Positions 20,176-30,960 are shown, counted from the first letter of the stretch. The stretch is DNA of 64,000 nt from an uncultured Acidimicrobiia bacterium (GCA_963714055.1 OY970227.1:499079-563078), one strand, 5' to 3'. A program made the numbers and translations. The notes: generated from the letters alone by a model not told the origin.

Positions 20176-20694
20176 ATGAAGGCGCTGATCGTGTACGAGT
20201 CGATGTTCGGCAACACCCGGCAGGTCGCCGAGGCCGTCGGCGAAGGACTCGGTGGCACCGTCGACACCGAGCTGGTCGAGGTGGGCGAAGCGCCCGCGGT
20301 GCTCGCCGGCGTCGACCTCCTCGTGGTCGGCGGCCCCACGCACGCCCTCGGGATGAGCCGGCCGCAGACGCGCGAGTCGGCCACCGAGCACACCGACGAG
20401 CCGCTGGTGAGCCTCGGGCCCGGGATCAGGGAGTGGCTCGGTGGTCTGGCGAAGAACAAGGGAGCGGCGGCGGCGTTCGACACCAAGGTCGACAAGCCGT
20501 GGATGCCCGGGAGCGCGTCGGGCGCTGCCGCCCGCAGGTTGCGCAAGCTCGGCTTCGACCTCGCCGTGCCGCCGACGTCGTTCCTCGTCGATGGGATCAC
20601 CGGCCCGCTCGGCGAGGGTGAGGTGGCGCGGGCGCGGCGCTGGGGCGAGAAGTTGGCGAAAAAGCTCCTGGAGCATCACGGAGCCGGCGTGTAG
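20176..20694 (+). CDS. flavodoxin-like fold protein
   Basis: MKALIVYESMFGNTRQVAEAV...LLVVGGPTH is a flavodoxin-like N-terminus. A GAGGAGA RBS lies 4 nt upstream. Confidence 0.65.
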   Translation: MKALIVYESMFGNTRQVAEAVGEGLGGTVDTELVEVGEAPAVLAGVDLLVVGGPTHALGMSRPQTRESATEHTDEPLVSLGPGIREWLGGLAKNKGAAAAFDTKVDKPWMPGSASGAAARRLRKLGFDLAVPPTSFLVDGITGPLGEGEVARARRWGEKLAKKLLEHHGAGV

Positions 20695-20772
20695 CCGGCT
20701 GCGGTATCCGTCTGCGATCGCCGACTGGCCTCCGGCGGCGGGTGCTTTGCCCATAGACTCGGCGCCGGAGGT

Positions 20773-21966
20773 GTGATGACGCGACGTTTCCTCGACCACC
20801 TGACCGGCCAGACCGAGCAGCTCCACGAGGACGGGCTCTACAAGGCGGAGCGGACGATCTCCAGCCGCCAGGATGCCGTGATCACCCTGGAAGACGGCTC
20901 CGAGGTCGTCAACCTGTGCGCCAACAACTACCTGGGGCTGGCCGGCCATCCTGCGATGATCGAGGAGGCCGGGGCGGCGGTTGCCGAGTACGGCTACGGC
21001 ATGGCGTCGGTGCGGTTCATCTGCGGCACCCACGCCGTCCACCGCCGGCTGGAAGCGGCGTTGAGCGATTTCCTCGGCACCGAGGACACCATCCTCTACG
21101 GGTCGTGCTTCGACGCCAACGGCGGGCTCTTCGAGACCCTGCTCGGCGAGGAGGACGCCGTCATCTCGGACGCCCTCAACCACGCCTCGATCATCGACGG
21201 GGTGCGGCTGTCCAAGGCGCAGCGGTTCCGGTACGCCAACAACGACATGGCCGACCTGGAGCGGCAGCTCGAGGCGGCGGCCGGCGCCCGGTTCCGACTG
21301 ATCGCCACCGACGGGGTCTTCTCCATGGACGGGATCGTCGCCGACCTGCCGGCGATCTGCGAGCTGGCCGACCGGCACGACGCCATGGTCATGGTGGACG
21401 ACTCCCACGCCGTCGGGTTCATGGGCCCGCACGGCGGCGGCACCCCAGACTTGCACGGGCTGGCCGACCGGGTCGACATCGTCACCGGCACCCTGGGGAA
21501 GGCGCTGGGCGGGGCGTCGGGCGGGTACACGTCGGGACGGGCGGAGATCGTCGAGTGGCTGCGGCAGCGCTCCCGGCCCTACCTCTTCTCGAACACGCTG
21601 GCTCCGATGATCGCCGGCGCCACGCTGAAGGCGCTGGAGATGGTGTCCGGATCCAGCGAGCTGCGCGACCGGCTCGCCGCCAACGCCGCCCACTTCCGCC
21701 GGGGCATGGAAGCGGCCGGCTTCACCCTCGCCGGCGCTGGGCACCCGATCATCCCGGTCATGCTGGGTGACGCCACCCTCGCCGGAGAGATGGCCGACCG
21801 TCTCCTCCAACGGGGGATCTACGTCATAGGGTTCTCGTTCCCGGTAGTGCCCCGTGGGGAGGCGCGGATCCGCACCCAGATGTCGGCGGCGCACACCGTC
21901 GAGCATCTCGACCGCGCCGTCGCTGCCTTCACCGACGTCGGCCGTGACCTGGAGGTGGTGGCCTGA
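20773..21966 (+). CDS. kbl: glycine C-acetyltransferase (2-amino-3-ketobutyrate CoA ligase)
   Basis: PLP-lysine motif [13 protein letters not shown] and AONS-family length, directly upstream of tdh. Confidence 0.9.
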   Translation: MMTRRFLDHLTGQTEQLHEDGLYKAERTISSRQDAVITLEDGSEVVNLCANNYLGLAGHPAMIEEAGAAVAEYGYGMASVRFICGTHAVHRRLEAALSDFLGTEDTILYGSCFDANGGLFETLLGEEDAVISDALNHASIIDGVRLSKAQRFRYANNDMADLERQLEAAAGARFRLIATDGVFSMDGIVADLPAICELADRHDAMVMVDDSHAVGFMGPHGGGTPDLHGLADRVDIVTGTLGKALGGASGGYTSGRAEIVEWLRQRSRPYLFSNTLAPMIAGATLKALEMVSGSSELRDRLAANAAHFRRGMEAAGFTLAGAGHPIIPVMLGDATLAGEMADRLLQRGIYVIGFSFPVVPRGEARIRTQMSAAHTVEHLDRAVAAFTDVGRDLEVVA

Positions 21967-22988
21967 TGCGGGCGCTGGTCAAGGCCAAGCCCGAGCCGGG
22001 GATCTGGATGGAGGAGGTCCCCGAACCGGAGATCGGGCCGAACGACGTGCTGATCGCGGTGCGCAAGGCCTCGATCTGCGGCACCGACACCCACATCGTC
22101 GCCTGGGACGAGTGGGCGCAGCGCACCATCCCGACGCCGATGGTCATCGGCCACGAGTTCATGGGGGCGGTGGCGGCGGTCGGGTCCGAGGTCACCGGCC
22201 TCGACATCGGGCAGCGGGTGTCCGCCGAAGGCCACATCGTGTGCGGGCGCTGCCGCAACTGCCAGGCGGGGCGACGCCACCTCTGCCACGGCACCGTCGG
22301 CATCGGGGTCAACCGGGAGGGCGCCTTCGCCGAGTACGTCGCCGTTCCCGGCGACAACGTGCAACCGGTCCCGGACGATGTCACCGACGACGTCGCCGCC
22401 ATCCTCGACCCGCTCGGCAACGCCACCCACACCGCGCTCAGCGCCGACCTGGTGGGCGAGGACGTGCTGATCACCGGCGCCGGGCCCATCGGGGTGATGG
22501 CGGCGGCGATCGCCCGCCATGTGGGTGCCCGCTACGTGGTGGTCACCGACATCAACCGCTACCGGCTGGCGATCGCCTCGACCGTCGGGGTGGACCGGGC
22601 CGTCGACGTGACTTCGACGAGCCTGGTCGAGGTGATGGCCGACCTGGGGATGCTGGAGGGCTTCGATGTTGGCATGGAGATGTCGGGCGTGTCCTCGGCG
22701 CTCCACGACATGATCTCGACGATGAACAACGGCGGCCAGGTCGCCCTGCTCGGGATCCCATCCGCCAATGCCCCGATCGACTGGAACGAGATCATCTTCA
22801 AGGGATTGACGTTGCGCGGGATCTACGGGCGACGCATGTTCGAGACCTGGTACAAGACCCTGGCGATGCTCCAGACCGGGCTCGACGTGACCGCGGTGAT
22901 AACCCACCACTACCCCTTCGAGGACTACGCGGCGGCGTTCGACATGGTGCGGAGCGGTGAGTGCGGCAAGGTGATCCTCGAGTGGTGA
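21966..22988 (+). CDS. tdh: L-threonine 3-dehydrogenase (Zn-dependent MDR)
   Basis: CGTDTH, GHEFMG, GAGPIGV and overall Tdh similarity; 1-nt overlap with the kbl stop. Confidence 0.9.
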   Translation: MRALVKAKPEPGIWMEEVPEPEIGPNDVLIAVRKASICGTDTHIVAWDEWAQRTIPTPMVIGHEFMGAVAAVGSEVTGLDIGQRVSAEGHIVCGRCRNCQAGRRHLCHGTVGIGVNREGAFAEYVAVPGDNVQPVPDDVTDDVAAILDPLGNATHTALSADLVGEDVLITGAGPIGVMAAAIARHVGARYVVVTDINRYRLAIASTVGVDRAVDVTSTSLVEVMADLGMLEGFDVGMEMSGVSSALHDMISTMNNGGQVALLGIPSANAPIDWNEIIFKGLTLRGIYGRRMFETWYKTLAMLQTGLDVTAVITHHYPFEDYAAAFDMVRSGECGKVILEW

Positions 22989-23440
22989 CCGGGCCCGCTC
23001 CCGACCAATACCTCGATGCCGCCGTGGCCGAGGCGGAGGCCGGGCGAGCCGAAGGCGGCATTCCGATCGGGTCGGTGCTGGTGGTCGACGGCCGCATCGC
23101 CGGCCGGGGCCACAACCGCCGGGTGCAACAGGGAAGTGTCGTGCTCCACGCCGAGATGGACTGCCTCGAGGATGCCGGCCGGCTCCCGGCGTCGGCTTAC
23201 CGGCGGGCGACCCTCTACTCGACGCTGTCGCCGTGTTCGATGTGCACCGGCGCCGCCCTCCTCTACGGCATCGGGCAGGTGGTCGTCGGCGAGGACCGGA
23301 CGTTCCAGGGACCGCAGCACCTCCTCGAGGAGGCCGGTGTCGAGGTCACCGTGGTCGATGACTCACGGTGCGTGGCGATGATGGAGACGTTCATCGCCGC
23401 CAACCCCGAGCTCTGGAACGAGGACATCGGCCAGGAGTGA
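22982..23440 (+). CDS. Fcy1-like cytosine deaminase (CDA fold)
   Basis: HAEMDCLE...PCSMCTGA zinc-binding motifs, with a tail very close to yeast Fcy1 ([28 protein letters not shown]). A GTG start with an AAGGTG RBS overlaps the tdh end. Confidence 0.75.
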   Translation: MVTGPAPDQYLDAAVAEAEAGRAEGGIPIGSVLVVDGRIAGRGHNRRVQQGSVVLHAEMDCLEDAGRLPASAYRRATLYSTLSPCSMCTGAALLYGIGQVVVGEDRTFQGPQHLLEEAGVEVTVVDDSRCVAMMETFIAANPELWNEDIGQE

Positions 23441-23511
23441 CGATCTCTCCCCTCCCCTGAGGGGACGGAACACCGGCGCCGGGGACGCCCGGCCGGACGA
23501 GAGGGGTTCTG

Positions 23512-24780
23512 GTGCGCGCCGTCCGACTGGTGCCGGCCCTCGTCCTCGTTCTGGTTACGGCCGGCCTCGCCCCATCGGGGTCGCCGATCCATCACCGACC
23601 CCCTTCTGCCCAGGTGACCTCGGCGACGGGCGCCTGCGACGGGCGCATCGCCACCATCGACGGCACCGACGGCCGCGATGTCATCACCGGCACCCCGGGC
23701 GCCGACGTGATCACCGCCGGGTCGGGCCCGGACACGGTCGACGGGCGGGGTGGCAACGATGTCATCTGCGGCGGCCGTGGAGGTGACACGCTGGTCGGGG
23801 GCAAGGGCGCCGACACCATCTACGGCGGTGATGGGAGCGATCAGCTACGCGGCGGTCCGCGAAGGGATTCCCTGTATGCCGGTGCTGGTGCCGACACGCT
23901 CATCGGCGGCGAAGGTCCCGACGTCCTCCAGGGCGGAGCCGGCAACGACGCCCTGAAAGGCGGTGTCCGCAGCGACGACCTCGCCGGCGGCCCCGGCGAC
24001 GACACCCTGTGGGCGGCGGGAGGTGACGACACCCTCAGTGGCGGGCCAGGGGCGGACCTCCTCAGCGGTGTCGGCGGTGCCGACGATCTGGGTGGCGGGA
24101 ACGCCAGGGACACGGTGAACGGTGGTGCCGGGGCCGACGACGTGTCTGGGGGTGCCGGCGACGACACCCTGAACGGCGGAACGGGCTCTGACACCTGCCA
24201 CGGCGCTCCGGGAGCCGACCTGGCGAGGACCTGCGAGGTCCTCACCGACCCGGTGACGGTGACGCTGCTGCCGCGCCAGGCGTGGGGTGCCCTGCCTCCG
24301 GAGCCCGGGATGACCGACCACGACATCAGCCGGATCACCATCCATCATGCCGGGACCGCCACCGGCACCGTCGGCCCAGCCCAGTTCCGTGGCTGGCAAG
24401 CCCATCACCTCAGCCTGGGCTGGCCCGACCTCGCCTACCACTACATCGTCGGACGGGACGGCACGCTCTGGGAGGGCCGATCGTGGACCAAGGCGGGAGA
24501 CACCGACACCGACTACGACCCCTTTGGGCACCTCCTGGTCGTGGTCGAGGGCTTCTTCGAGGTGGACGTCCCCACCGCCGGCCAGCTGGAGACCCTGGCC
24601 CGCATCGTCGCCTACGGTGCCGGGAGGTTCGACGTGCCGGTCACCGAGATCACCGGCCACCGCGACCACGCCGCCACCACCTGTCCCGGCGAGAACCTCT
24701 ACGTCCACATCGCCAGTGGGTCGATCTCGGGCCGGGCCGCCGACATCCTGCAAGGCGGGATCACCCTGGTCGAGGAGTGA
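23512..24780 (+). CDS. secreted RTX-type calcium-binding repeat protein fused to a PGRP / N-acetylmuramoyl-L-alanine amidase (Amidase_2) domain
   Basis: Signal peptide, then ~14 GGxGxDxL nonapeptide repeats. The C-terminal domain carries the ITIHHAGT...GHRDHAATTCPG zinc-amidase motifs. Confidence 0.75.
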   Translation: MRAVRLVPALVLVLVTAGLAPSGSPIHHRPPSAQVTSATGACDGRIATIDGTDGRDVITGTPGADVITAGSGPDTVDGRGGNDVICGGRGGDTLVGGKGADTIYGGDGSDQLRGGPRRDSLYAGAGADTLIGGEGPDVLQGGAGNDALKGGVRSDDLAGGPGDDTLWAAGGDDTLSGGPGADLLSGVGGADDLGGGNARDTVNGGAGADDVSGGAGDDTLNGGTGSDTCHGAPGADLARTCEVLTDPVTVTLLPRQAWGALPPEPGMTDHDISRITIHHAGTATGTVGPAQFRGWQAHHLSLGWPDLAYHYIVGRDGTLWEGRSWTKAGDTDTDYDPFGHLLVVVEGFFEVDVPTAGQLETLARIVAYGAGRFDVPVTEITGHRDHAATTCPGENLYVHIASGSISGRAADILQGGITLVEE

Positions 24781-24802
24781 CCAGCGTGGCTGGGGTGCAC
24801 CG

Positions 24803-26716
24803 CTAGGGCTTGAGCCGCTCGGTGAAGAAGTCGGCGATGGCGGCGTAGCACCGCACCCGGTTGGCGAGCTTGAGGACGTCGTGGCCCTCGTCGGGGAAGG
24901 CGAGGTAATCCACCTCCTTGCCGTCGGCACGCAGCCGGGCCACCAGGTCGGCGGACTCCGCCTCGACCACCCGGGGATCGTTGGCCCCTTGGATCACCAG
25001 CAGCGGGCAGGCGAGCCCGTCGAGATGGGTGGCCGGTGAACGGTCGACCAGCAGGTCGCGGTCACGCTCCGGGTCGCCCACGGAGAGGCTGAAGTACGGC
25101 TTCCACGTCTCGGGAATCCGATCCAGGAACGTGAGGAGGTCGTACGGGCCGAACATGTCGCACGCCGCCGCCCACAGCTCGGGATGGCGGCCGGCCAGCA
25201 TCAGCGCCATGTAGCCGCCGTACGACCGGCCCACCACCGCCGCCCGGTCGGTGTCGAGCCGCCCGTCGGCGGGCAGGACCTCGGTCATCGCCCACACGTG
25301 GTCGAGTCGGTCGAGCCCGCCCCAGTCGCCGTCGACCCGCTTGGCGTATCCGAGCCCGTACCCGGTCGATCCCCGGGCGTTGGGGACGAACACGGCGAAG
25401 CCGCGCAGCGTGAGGTACTGGATCAACGGCATCGAGAACCAGGCGAAGTTGGGTCGTTCCTGGCTCTGCGGGCCGCCGTGGATGTACAGGACGACGGGGC
25501 GGGGCCCGGTGTGGCCCAGTCGCCCGCTGGGCAGGTACAGCCGAGCGGAGACCCGCAGCCCGTCGTACGACACGAACGAGGCGTCGACGCCGGGCGAGAG
25601 CAGGTCGGGGTCGAGGCCGAGGGGTCGCTCGTTGGTGACCCGGCGCGGGGCGATGGCCGGATCCGCATCGATCAGGTACAGCTGGGTCGGGTCGGTCGCC
25701 GTGCAGTACGACGCCACGAACCCGCCCGAGGCTGCGTCGTGGTGGATCCCATGGAGCTCCCCGTCGGCCAGGGCACCCTCGCCGCACAGGACGCGGTCGA
25801 GGGTGATCCGGCGCCGTCCCTCGTCGAACGTACCGTGGTACACCCACGAGCAGCCGTCGATGTTGTAACCGACGAGGTAGCTATCACCGTCGCCGAGCCG
25901 TTCCAACAGGTCCAGCTCGCCGTGACCGGTGTGAACCACCCCCTCGACCTCCACCTCCTCGACGTCGCCGGGCGCATCGAGCGGGAGGTAGCCCACCGAG
26001 TAGGCGTCGTCGAACAGCGCGGTGACGATCAGCAGCGCCGAACCGCTCGGGCTCATCACCGCGTCCGAGAACCCGGACAGCGGATGATCCTCGTCGGGGC
26101 GCCGATCGTCGAGGCGGGTACCCCACAACGGCCGAGGGCCGTCGCCGCCGAGCTCGACGAGCACAGTGTCGCCCAAGCTGTAGGGCTCCAGGGCGAAGAG
26201 GCGGCCGTCGTCGGATGTCCAGGCGACCGGCTCGGGCACCCAGGCGCTCTCGCCGACCGCCTCGGCGCTCCCGGTGGCGACATCGACCCGGTGCACCGTC
26301 CCCAGGGACTCGTCGAGCGACTCCGCCACCAGGTAGGCGACCCCGGTTGCCTGGTTGACCCCGGCGATGTGGACGCTACGAACGCCGCCGAGCGTGTCCG
26401 GGGCGAGCGGCTTCGGGAAGCCTCCCGACATCGGGATCAGGTACGGCCGGTAGCGCTCGTCCCCGTCACGGTCGAGGACCACCAAGATCCGGTCGAGCCC
26501 GGGGATGACCACGAAGGACTCGCCGTCGACCAGGTCGGGGTTCTGCATGGCGATGGTGGGTGGGAGCAGCTGCTCGGGCACGGAACCGGCAGCATCCATG
26601 GCGTACAGCGACAGATGCCCTCCGAGGTTGGAGAGGAAGTAGACGCGGCCGCCGACCAGTTGCGGCTCCAGGAACAGGCGGGCCGACAGCAACGCCTCCA
26701 GGTGCGGATCGGGCAT
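24803..26716 (-). CDS. S9 family serine peptidase (prolyl oligopeptidase / acylaminoacyl-peptidase-like) with N-terminal beta-propeller
   Basis: C-terminal catalytic domain with GRSYGGYMA (GxSxGG), with Asp and His downstream; 637 aa. Confidence 0.8.
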   Translation of the reverse strand: MPDPHLEALLSARLFLEPQLVGGRVYFLSNLGGHLSLYAMDAAGSVPEQLLPPTIAMQNPDLVDGESFVVIPGLDRILVVLDRDGDERYRPYLIPMSGGFPKPLAPDTLGGVRSVHIAGVNQATGVAYLVAESLDESLGTVHRVDVATGSAEAVGESAWVPEPVAWTSDDGRLFALEPYSLGDTVLVELGGDGPRPLWGTRLDDRRPDEDHPLSGFSDAVMSPSGSALLIVTALFDDAYSVGYLPLDAPGDVEEVEVEGVVHTGHGELDLLERLGDGDSYLVGYNIDGCSWVYHGTFDEGRRRITLDRVLCGEGALADGELHGIHHDAASGGFVASYCTATDPTQLYLIDADPAIAPRRVTNERPLGLDPDLLSPGVDASFVSYDGLRVSARLYLPSGRLGHTGPRPVVLYIHGGPQSQERPNFAWFSMPLIQYLTLRGFAVFVPNARGSTGYGLGYAKRVDGDWGGLDRLDHVWAMTEVLPADGRLDTDRAAVVGRSYGGYMALMLAGRHPELWAAACDMFGPYDLLTFLDRIPETWKPYFSLSVGDPERDRDLLVDRSPATHLDGLACPLLVIQGANDPRVVEAESADLVARLRADGKEVDYLAFPDEGHDVLKLANRVRCYAAIADFFTERLKP

Positions 26717-26722
26717 GGCCGC

Positions 26723-27526
26723 CTACTCCTCGGTGTCCAGTGTCGGCCGGGCGATGCGATGGACCGCCTCGGCGTAGGTGAGCAATCGCTCAACGCCGTC
26801 GTCACGGCCCGCCACCTCGGCGTAGGGGAGGATGGTCCCCTGCCAGTCGCCTTGGTGCCACGACGCGCCTGCCGGCAGCGGCTCGCCGGTCAAGGCGGCG
26901 TCGAATGGCCATGGGTTCGAGTACAGGTAGCCACCGTCGTAGGGGGAGAACCCCAGGTTGAGTTGGGCCGGCGCCGCCCTCCCGTCGTCGCCCGACACCT
27001 GCCTGGTCCCGAACCACTCGAAGGCGAGGTCGAAGCCGTGGGGCCACACCACCACGGGCCCGGCGGCGGCACCCAGGACCGATCGCCGGCGCTCCAACGC
27101 CTCGGCCAGGTCGACCAGCACACCCATGTAGGCGGCGGCCACATCCCAATCCGGGTCGACGGCGCCCTCCGGGACACGGGAGCGGTCGAGCTCGGGCCCC
27201 AGGCCGCACCGTGCGTCGAACCGTGCCAGCTCGGCGGCGAGGTCGGCCGGGGTAGCGCCGCGCAGGTCCACCGACAAACCTTCGCCCCGACTGGATCGCG
27301 CCTCGACCTCGGCGGCGACCGGGTCGAGCCGGACCGCCATGGCGCCCCCGCCCGGCAACGGCACCGCGACGGTGGCGAGACCGTCGGGCCGGACCATCAG
27401 GCCGAGGTGCCACCAGTGCGGCCGCGCCGGGGCGTGCTCCCGGACGACGGCGCCGAGCGCCTTGGCGAAGCCGTGCAGGGCATCGAGGGTCGGCACCAGC
27501 GGTTCGGGAAGCGGGGCGAGAATCAT
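26723..27526 (-). CDS. conserved hypothetical protein (DUF5996-like)
   Basis: The HWWHLGLMVRPDGL pattern is reminiscent of the Ava_C0101/DUF5996 family. No catalytic motif recognised. Confidence 0.45.
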   Translation of the reverse strand: MILAPLPEPLVPTLDALHGFAKALGAVVREHAPARPHWWHLGLMVRPDGLATVAVPLPGGGAMAVRLDPVAAEVEARSSRGEGLSVDLRGATPADLAAELARFDARCGLGPELDRSRVPEGAVDPDWDVAAAYMGVLVDLAEALERRRSVLGAAAGPVVVWPHGFDLAFEWFGTRQVSGDDGRAAPAQLNLGFSPYDGGYLYSNPWPFDAALTGEPLPAGASWHQGDWQGTILPYAEVAGRDDGVERLLTYAEAVHRIARPTLDTEE

Positions 27527-27574
27527 CGCGCCACCGTAATCACGGGGTGACCGCGGCGCTGGCCGAGCCGACGT

Positions 27575-27630
27575 CCGAAATCAGGCAATCACCTATCGCT
27601 CCGATAGGTGAGAACCTCAGGTTCGGTCAT
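27575..27630. repeat. copy 2 of the ~50-bp palindromic dispersed element (inverted relative to copy 1)
   Basis: tcaggcaatCACCTATCGctcCGATAGGTGagAACCTcAGGTTcgg carries a perfect 10-3-10 palindrome and a 6-1-6 palindrome. It lies upstream of the DUF5996 gene. Confidence 0.7.
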
Positions 27631-27666
27631 GTCGCGCCCTGACGGCGGACCTGACCGAGAGGCGTG

Positions 27667-28719
27667 TCACAGCCAGTCGCGGCGTTTGAAGACCACGTAC
27701 AGCCCGACGCAGGTCACCGCCATGAGGAACAAGGCGAACAGGTACCCGTAGGCCCAGCCGAACTCGGGCATGTGCTCGAAGTTCATGCCGTAGATCGTGG
27801 CGATCAGCGTGGGGGCGAAGAGGATGGCCGCCCACGCGGAGATCTTCTTGACCTCCTCGTTCTGCGCATTGCTGGCCGTGGCCAGGTTCTTCATCTCCTC
27901 GTTCTGCTGCTGGGCGACGAGGGTGGCGTTGACGGTGAGCATGTCGCGGAGCAGCTGACGGAACTCCTCGACCCGCTCACAGACCTGGGTGATGTGATCC
28001 TCGACGTCACGCAGGTACCTCTGGAGCTCCTCGTCGATGGCGTACTTGGCGAAGCCCGCTCCCAACGCCCTCATCACCTCGATCAGGGGCCCGGTGGCGC
28101 GCTGGAACTCGGTGACCTCTCTGAGGAGCTCGTAGATCCGCCGGGACACCTTGGGGTCACCGCTGAACACCTCGGTCTCGATCTCGTCGATGTCGTTGCC
28201 GACACCTGCGACCACCGGGTAGTACCCGTCGACCACTCGGTCGAGGATGGCGTACAGAACCGCCTCGGGGCCACGTCGCAGGAGTTCGGGTTGGCTCTCC
28301 AGCCGCCGCCGAACCGCACCGAGGTCGGGGGCCTCGCTGTGGCGAACGGTGAGCACGAAGTCGGGGCCGACGAAGACGTGGACCTCGCCGAACTCGACCT
28401 CCTCGATGTCGTCGAGGTACCGGGCCGGGCGAAGCACCACCAGCAGGATGTCGCCATAGCGTTCCAGCTTGGGACGTTGGTGGGCGACGATGGCGTCCTC
28501 GACGGCGAGCTCGTGGATCTTGAACTCGGATGCCAGGGAGGCCACCTCGTGCTGCTCCGGCCGATACAGCCCGATCCAGGCCATGCCGTCCGGCTGTTCG
28601 GCGAGGGCGGCGTAGGTCTCGGCGAGTGACCCGGGTGAGGCGACCCGGATGCCGTCGACGTACACGGCGCTGTCGACGATGCGCGATGCACGTTCCCCGC
28701 GCTCCTTGTCGTCGGCCAT
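27667..28719 (-). CDS. corA: CorA family Mg2+/Co2+ transporter (paralog 1)
   Basis: Two C-terminal TM helices with the YGMNF signature; 350 aa. Confidence 0.85.
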   Translation of the reverse strand: MADDKERGERASRIVDSAVYVDGIRVASPGSLAETYAALAEQPDGMAWIGLYRPEQHEVASLASEFKIHELAVEDAIVAHQRPKLERYGDILLVVLRPARYLDDIEEVEFGEVHVFVGPDFVLTVRHSEAPDLGAVRRRLESQPELLRRGPEAVLYAILDRVVDGYYPVVAGVGNDIDEIETEVFSGDPKVSRRIYELLREVTEFQRATGPLIEVMRALGAGFAKYAIDEELQRYLRDVEDHITQVCERVEEFRQLLRDMLTVNATLVAQQQNEEMKNLATASNAQNEEVKKISAWAAILFAPTLIATIYGMNFEHMPEFGWAYGYLFALFLMAVTCVGLYVVFKRRDWL

Positions 28720-28821
28720 CGCCTCCGAGCCATCGGTGGTGTCGGCGCGGCCCGCGCGCCCGGCGGCTTCGAACCAGGGAGCGCATGGTGGGTCGGCGAC
28801 GTTCGGTCATCGGCTCCCCGG

Positions 28822-29800
28822 TCAGAGCCAGTCGCGGCGGCGGAAGACCCGGTAGAGGACGAAGCTCGCCGCCGCTATCAGGACCGTCGAGGCGACGACC
28901 CCCCAGGTGCTTCCCGCTCCCGGATAGGGGACGTTCATCCCGTAGTAGCCGGTGACGAGGGCGGGCACGGCAATGATGGCGGCCCAACTCGAGACCTTCT
29001 TGACTATGAGGTTCTGTCGAAAGTCACGCAGGCTGAGGTTGGTCTCGACGATGGTGCCCACCAGGTCGCGGAGGGAGTCCGAGGACTCGGAGACCCGCAG
29101 GATGTGGTCGTAGACATCCTGGAAGTAGGGGTACAACTCTTCCGTCACGGCGGGATGTTCCCGTCGCATGAGACTGCTGACCGCCTCGCGCATCGGCACG
29201 ACGAGACGATGGAAGCGGACCATCGCCCGGCGCATCTCGAACCATTGACGCTGCTGGGAGGGCTCGAGGGGCTTCTCCGCAAACATGGCGCCACTCACGT
29301 CCTCGTAGTACTCGTCGAACGCCTCGATGGCATCGAAGTACCCGTCGATGACGACGTCGAGCAGCCCGTAGAGCAGGAAGCCGACCCCGTGAGCGACGAG
29401 GTCCGGGGAGCGGTCGCAACGCGCCAGGACCGGCTCGATGGGGAAACGGTCGTCATCGCGGACGGTGATCAGCCAGCGGTGGCTGACGAAGGCGTCGACC
29501 TCGATCTCGTCGAGTCGGCCCGGCGGCGGTGGCGAGACGAACCGCCTGGGTGGACACGAACAGGTGGCTGGCGTACCGGTCCAGCTTCGGCCGTTGATGA
29601 GCACCGATTGCGTCCTCGACCGCCAGCTCGTGCAGCCCCAATTCGCCGGCGAGCTCGTGGAGTTGCTCTTTCGATGGCCCGCAAAGGTCGACCCAGACCA
29701 GCGTGTCGTCCTCGGCGAGGAGGTCGGAGACGTCGGCTACCGGGAAGCCGGTGTCGTCGAGGACGCCCTTGCGGTAGACGCGGGTCAGAGCCTCGGCCAT
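28822..29800 (-). CDS. corA: CorA family transporter (paralog 2) with apparent frameshift (~29525)
   Basis: N-terminus MAEALTRVYRKGVLDD...LHELAVEDAIGAHQRPKLDRY lies in one frame. The remainder (DEIEVDAFVSHRWLITVRDDD...YYGMNVPYPG) lies in another. The shift occurs in a cggcggcggtgg run. Confidence 0.65.
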
Positions 29801-29966
29801 GACGGTCCTTTCACGCGGATCACGCCTTGGACACCGGCGTGGGGTTGGCGCCACGCACCCCGTTCGAGCGCGCCGCATCGTACCATCGCCCCCCTGCCGC
29901 CCCCGGCGGATCCCGCTCGGCCCCGTCGTCTCGAATGCCGCCTGGCGAAGGTGGCATCATGACCGG

Positions 29967-30935
29967 GTGATCATCGACTGTGCGGTGTACCAGAAGGGCA
30001 AGCGGATCACCGAGACGCTGTCGATCGACGGCGCTCTCGACCGCGTCGAAGACGACGCATTCGTCTGGCTCGGCCTCTACGAACCGACCCGCGAGGAGTT
30101 CGACGAGGTCCGGATCGAGTTCGGGTTGCACGAATTGGCCGCCGAGGACGCGGTGGCCGCGCATCAGCGTCCCAAGCTCGAGGTGTACGAAGGCTCGCTG
30201 CTCGTCGTTCTCAAGACGGCCCGCTACCTCGATGACACCGAGGAGATCGAGTTCGGCGAGATCATCATGCTGGTCGGCCGTAACTACGTCGTCATCGTCC
30301 GCCACGGCAAGGCGAGCGAGCTGGGCTCGGTGCGCCGCGAGCTGGAGGAGGCTCCGGACAGGCTCGAGTACGGTCCCACCGCCGTGCTCCACGCGGTGAT
30401 GGACCGCGTCGTCGACGACTACGCCCCGGTGGTGGCGGGATTGGACAACGACATCGGGGAGGTCGAGCAGGATGTCTTCTCGGCCGATTCGACCAACCCC
30501 ACCGAGCGGATCTACTTCCTCAAGCGCGAGGTCTTGGAGTTCAAGATCGCGGTCGGCTCCCTGCTCGACCCGCTGTTGCGCCTCTCGAGGGGGGAGATCC
30601 GGCAGGTGCACCCCGGATCGGCGGCCTACTTCCGAGACGTGTACGACCACGCGGTGCGGGTCCTCTCGGCGGCCGACCAGGACCGGGACCTGCTCACCTC
30701 GATCCTCGATGCCAACCTCACCCAGATCGGCGTCCGACAGAACGAGGACATGCGCAAGATCTCGGCGTGGCTGGCGATCGGCGTGGTCCCGACCCTGGTC
30801 ACCGGTGTCTTCGGGATGAACTTCGTCCACATCCCCGGGCTGGACCAGTGGTGGGGCTTCTTCGCCGTCATGGTGTTGATGGTGGGGGTGGCGCTCCTCC
30901 TGCACCGCAGCTTCCGCCGCAGCGGCTGGCTGTGA
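29967..30935 (+). CDS. corA: CorA family transporter (paralog 3)
   Basis: GTG start (VIIDCAVYQKGKRI, aligning to paralog 1) and the FGMNF motif with two C-terminal TM helices. The track ORF starts further upstream in a non-conserved leader. Confidence 0.8.
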   Translation: MIIDCAVYQKGKRITETLSIDGALDRVEDDAFVWLGLYEPTREEFDEVRIEFGLHELAAEDAVAAHQRPKLEVYEGSLLVVLKTARYLDDTEEIEFGEIIMLVGRNYVVIVRHGKASELGSVRRELEEAPDRLEYGPTAVLHAVMDRVVDDYAPVVAGLDNDIGEVEQDVFSADSTNPTERIYFLKREVLEFKIAVGSLLDPLLRLSRGEIRQVHPGSAAYFRDVYDHAVRVLSAADQDRDLLTSILDANLTQIGVRQNEDMRKISAWLAIGVVPTLVTGVFGMNFVHIPGLDQWWGFFAVMVLMVGVALLLHRSFRRSGWL

Positions 30936-30960
30936 CATACCCGGCGAGCTGACGCTCGCC

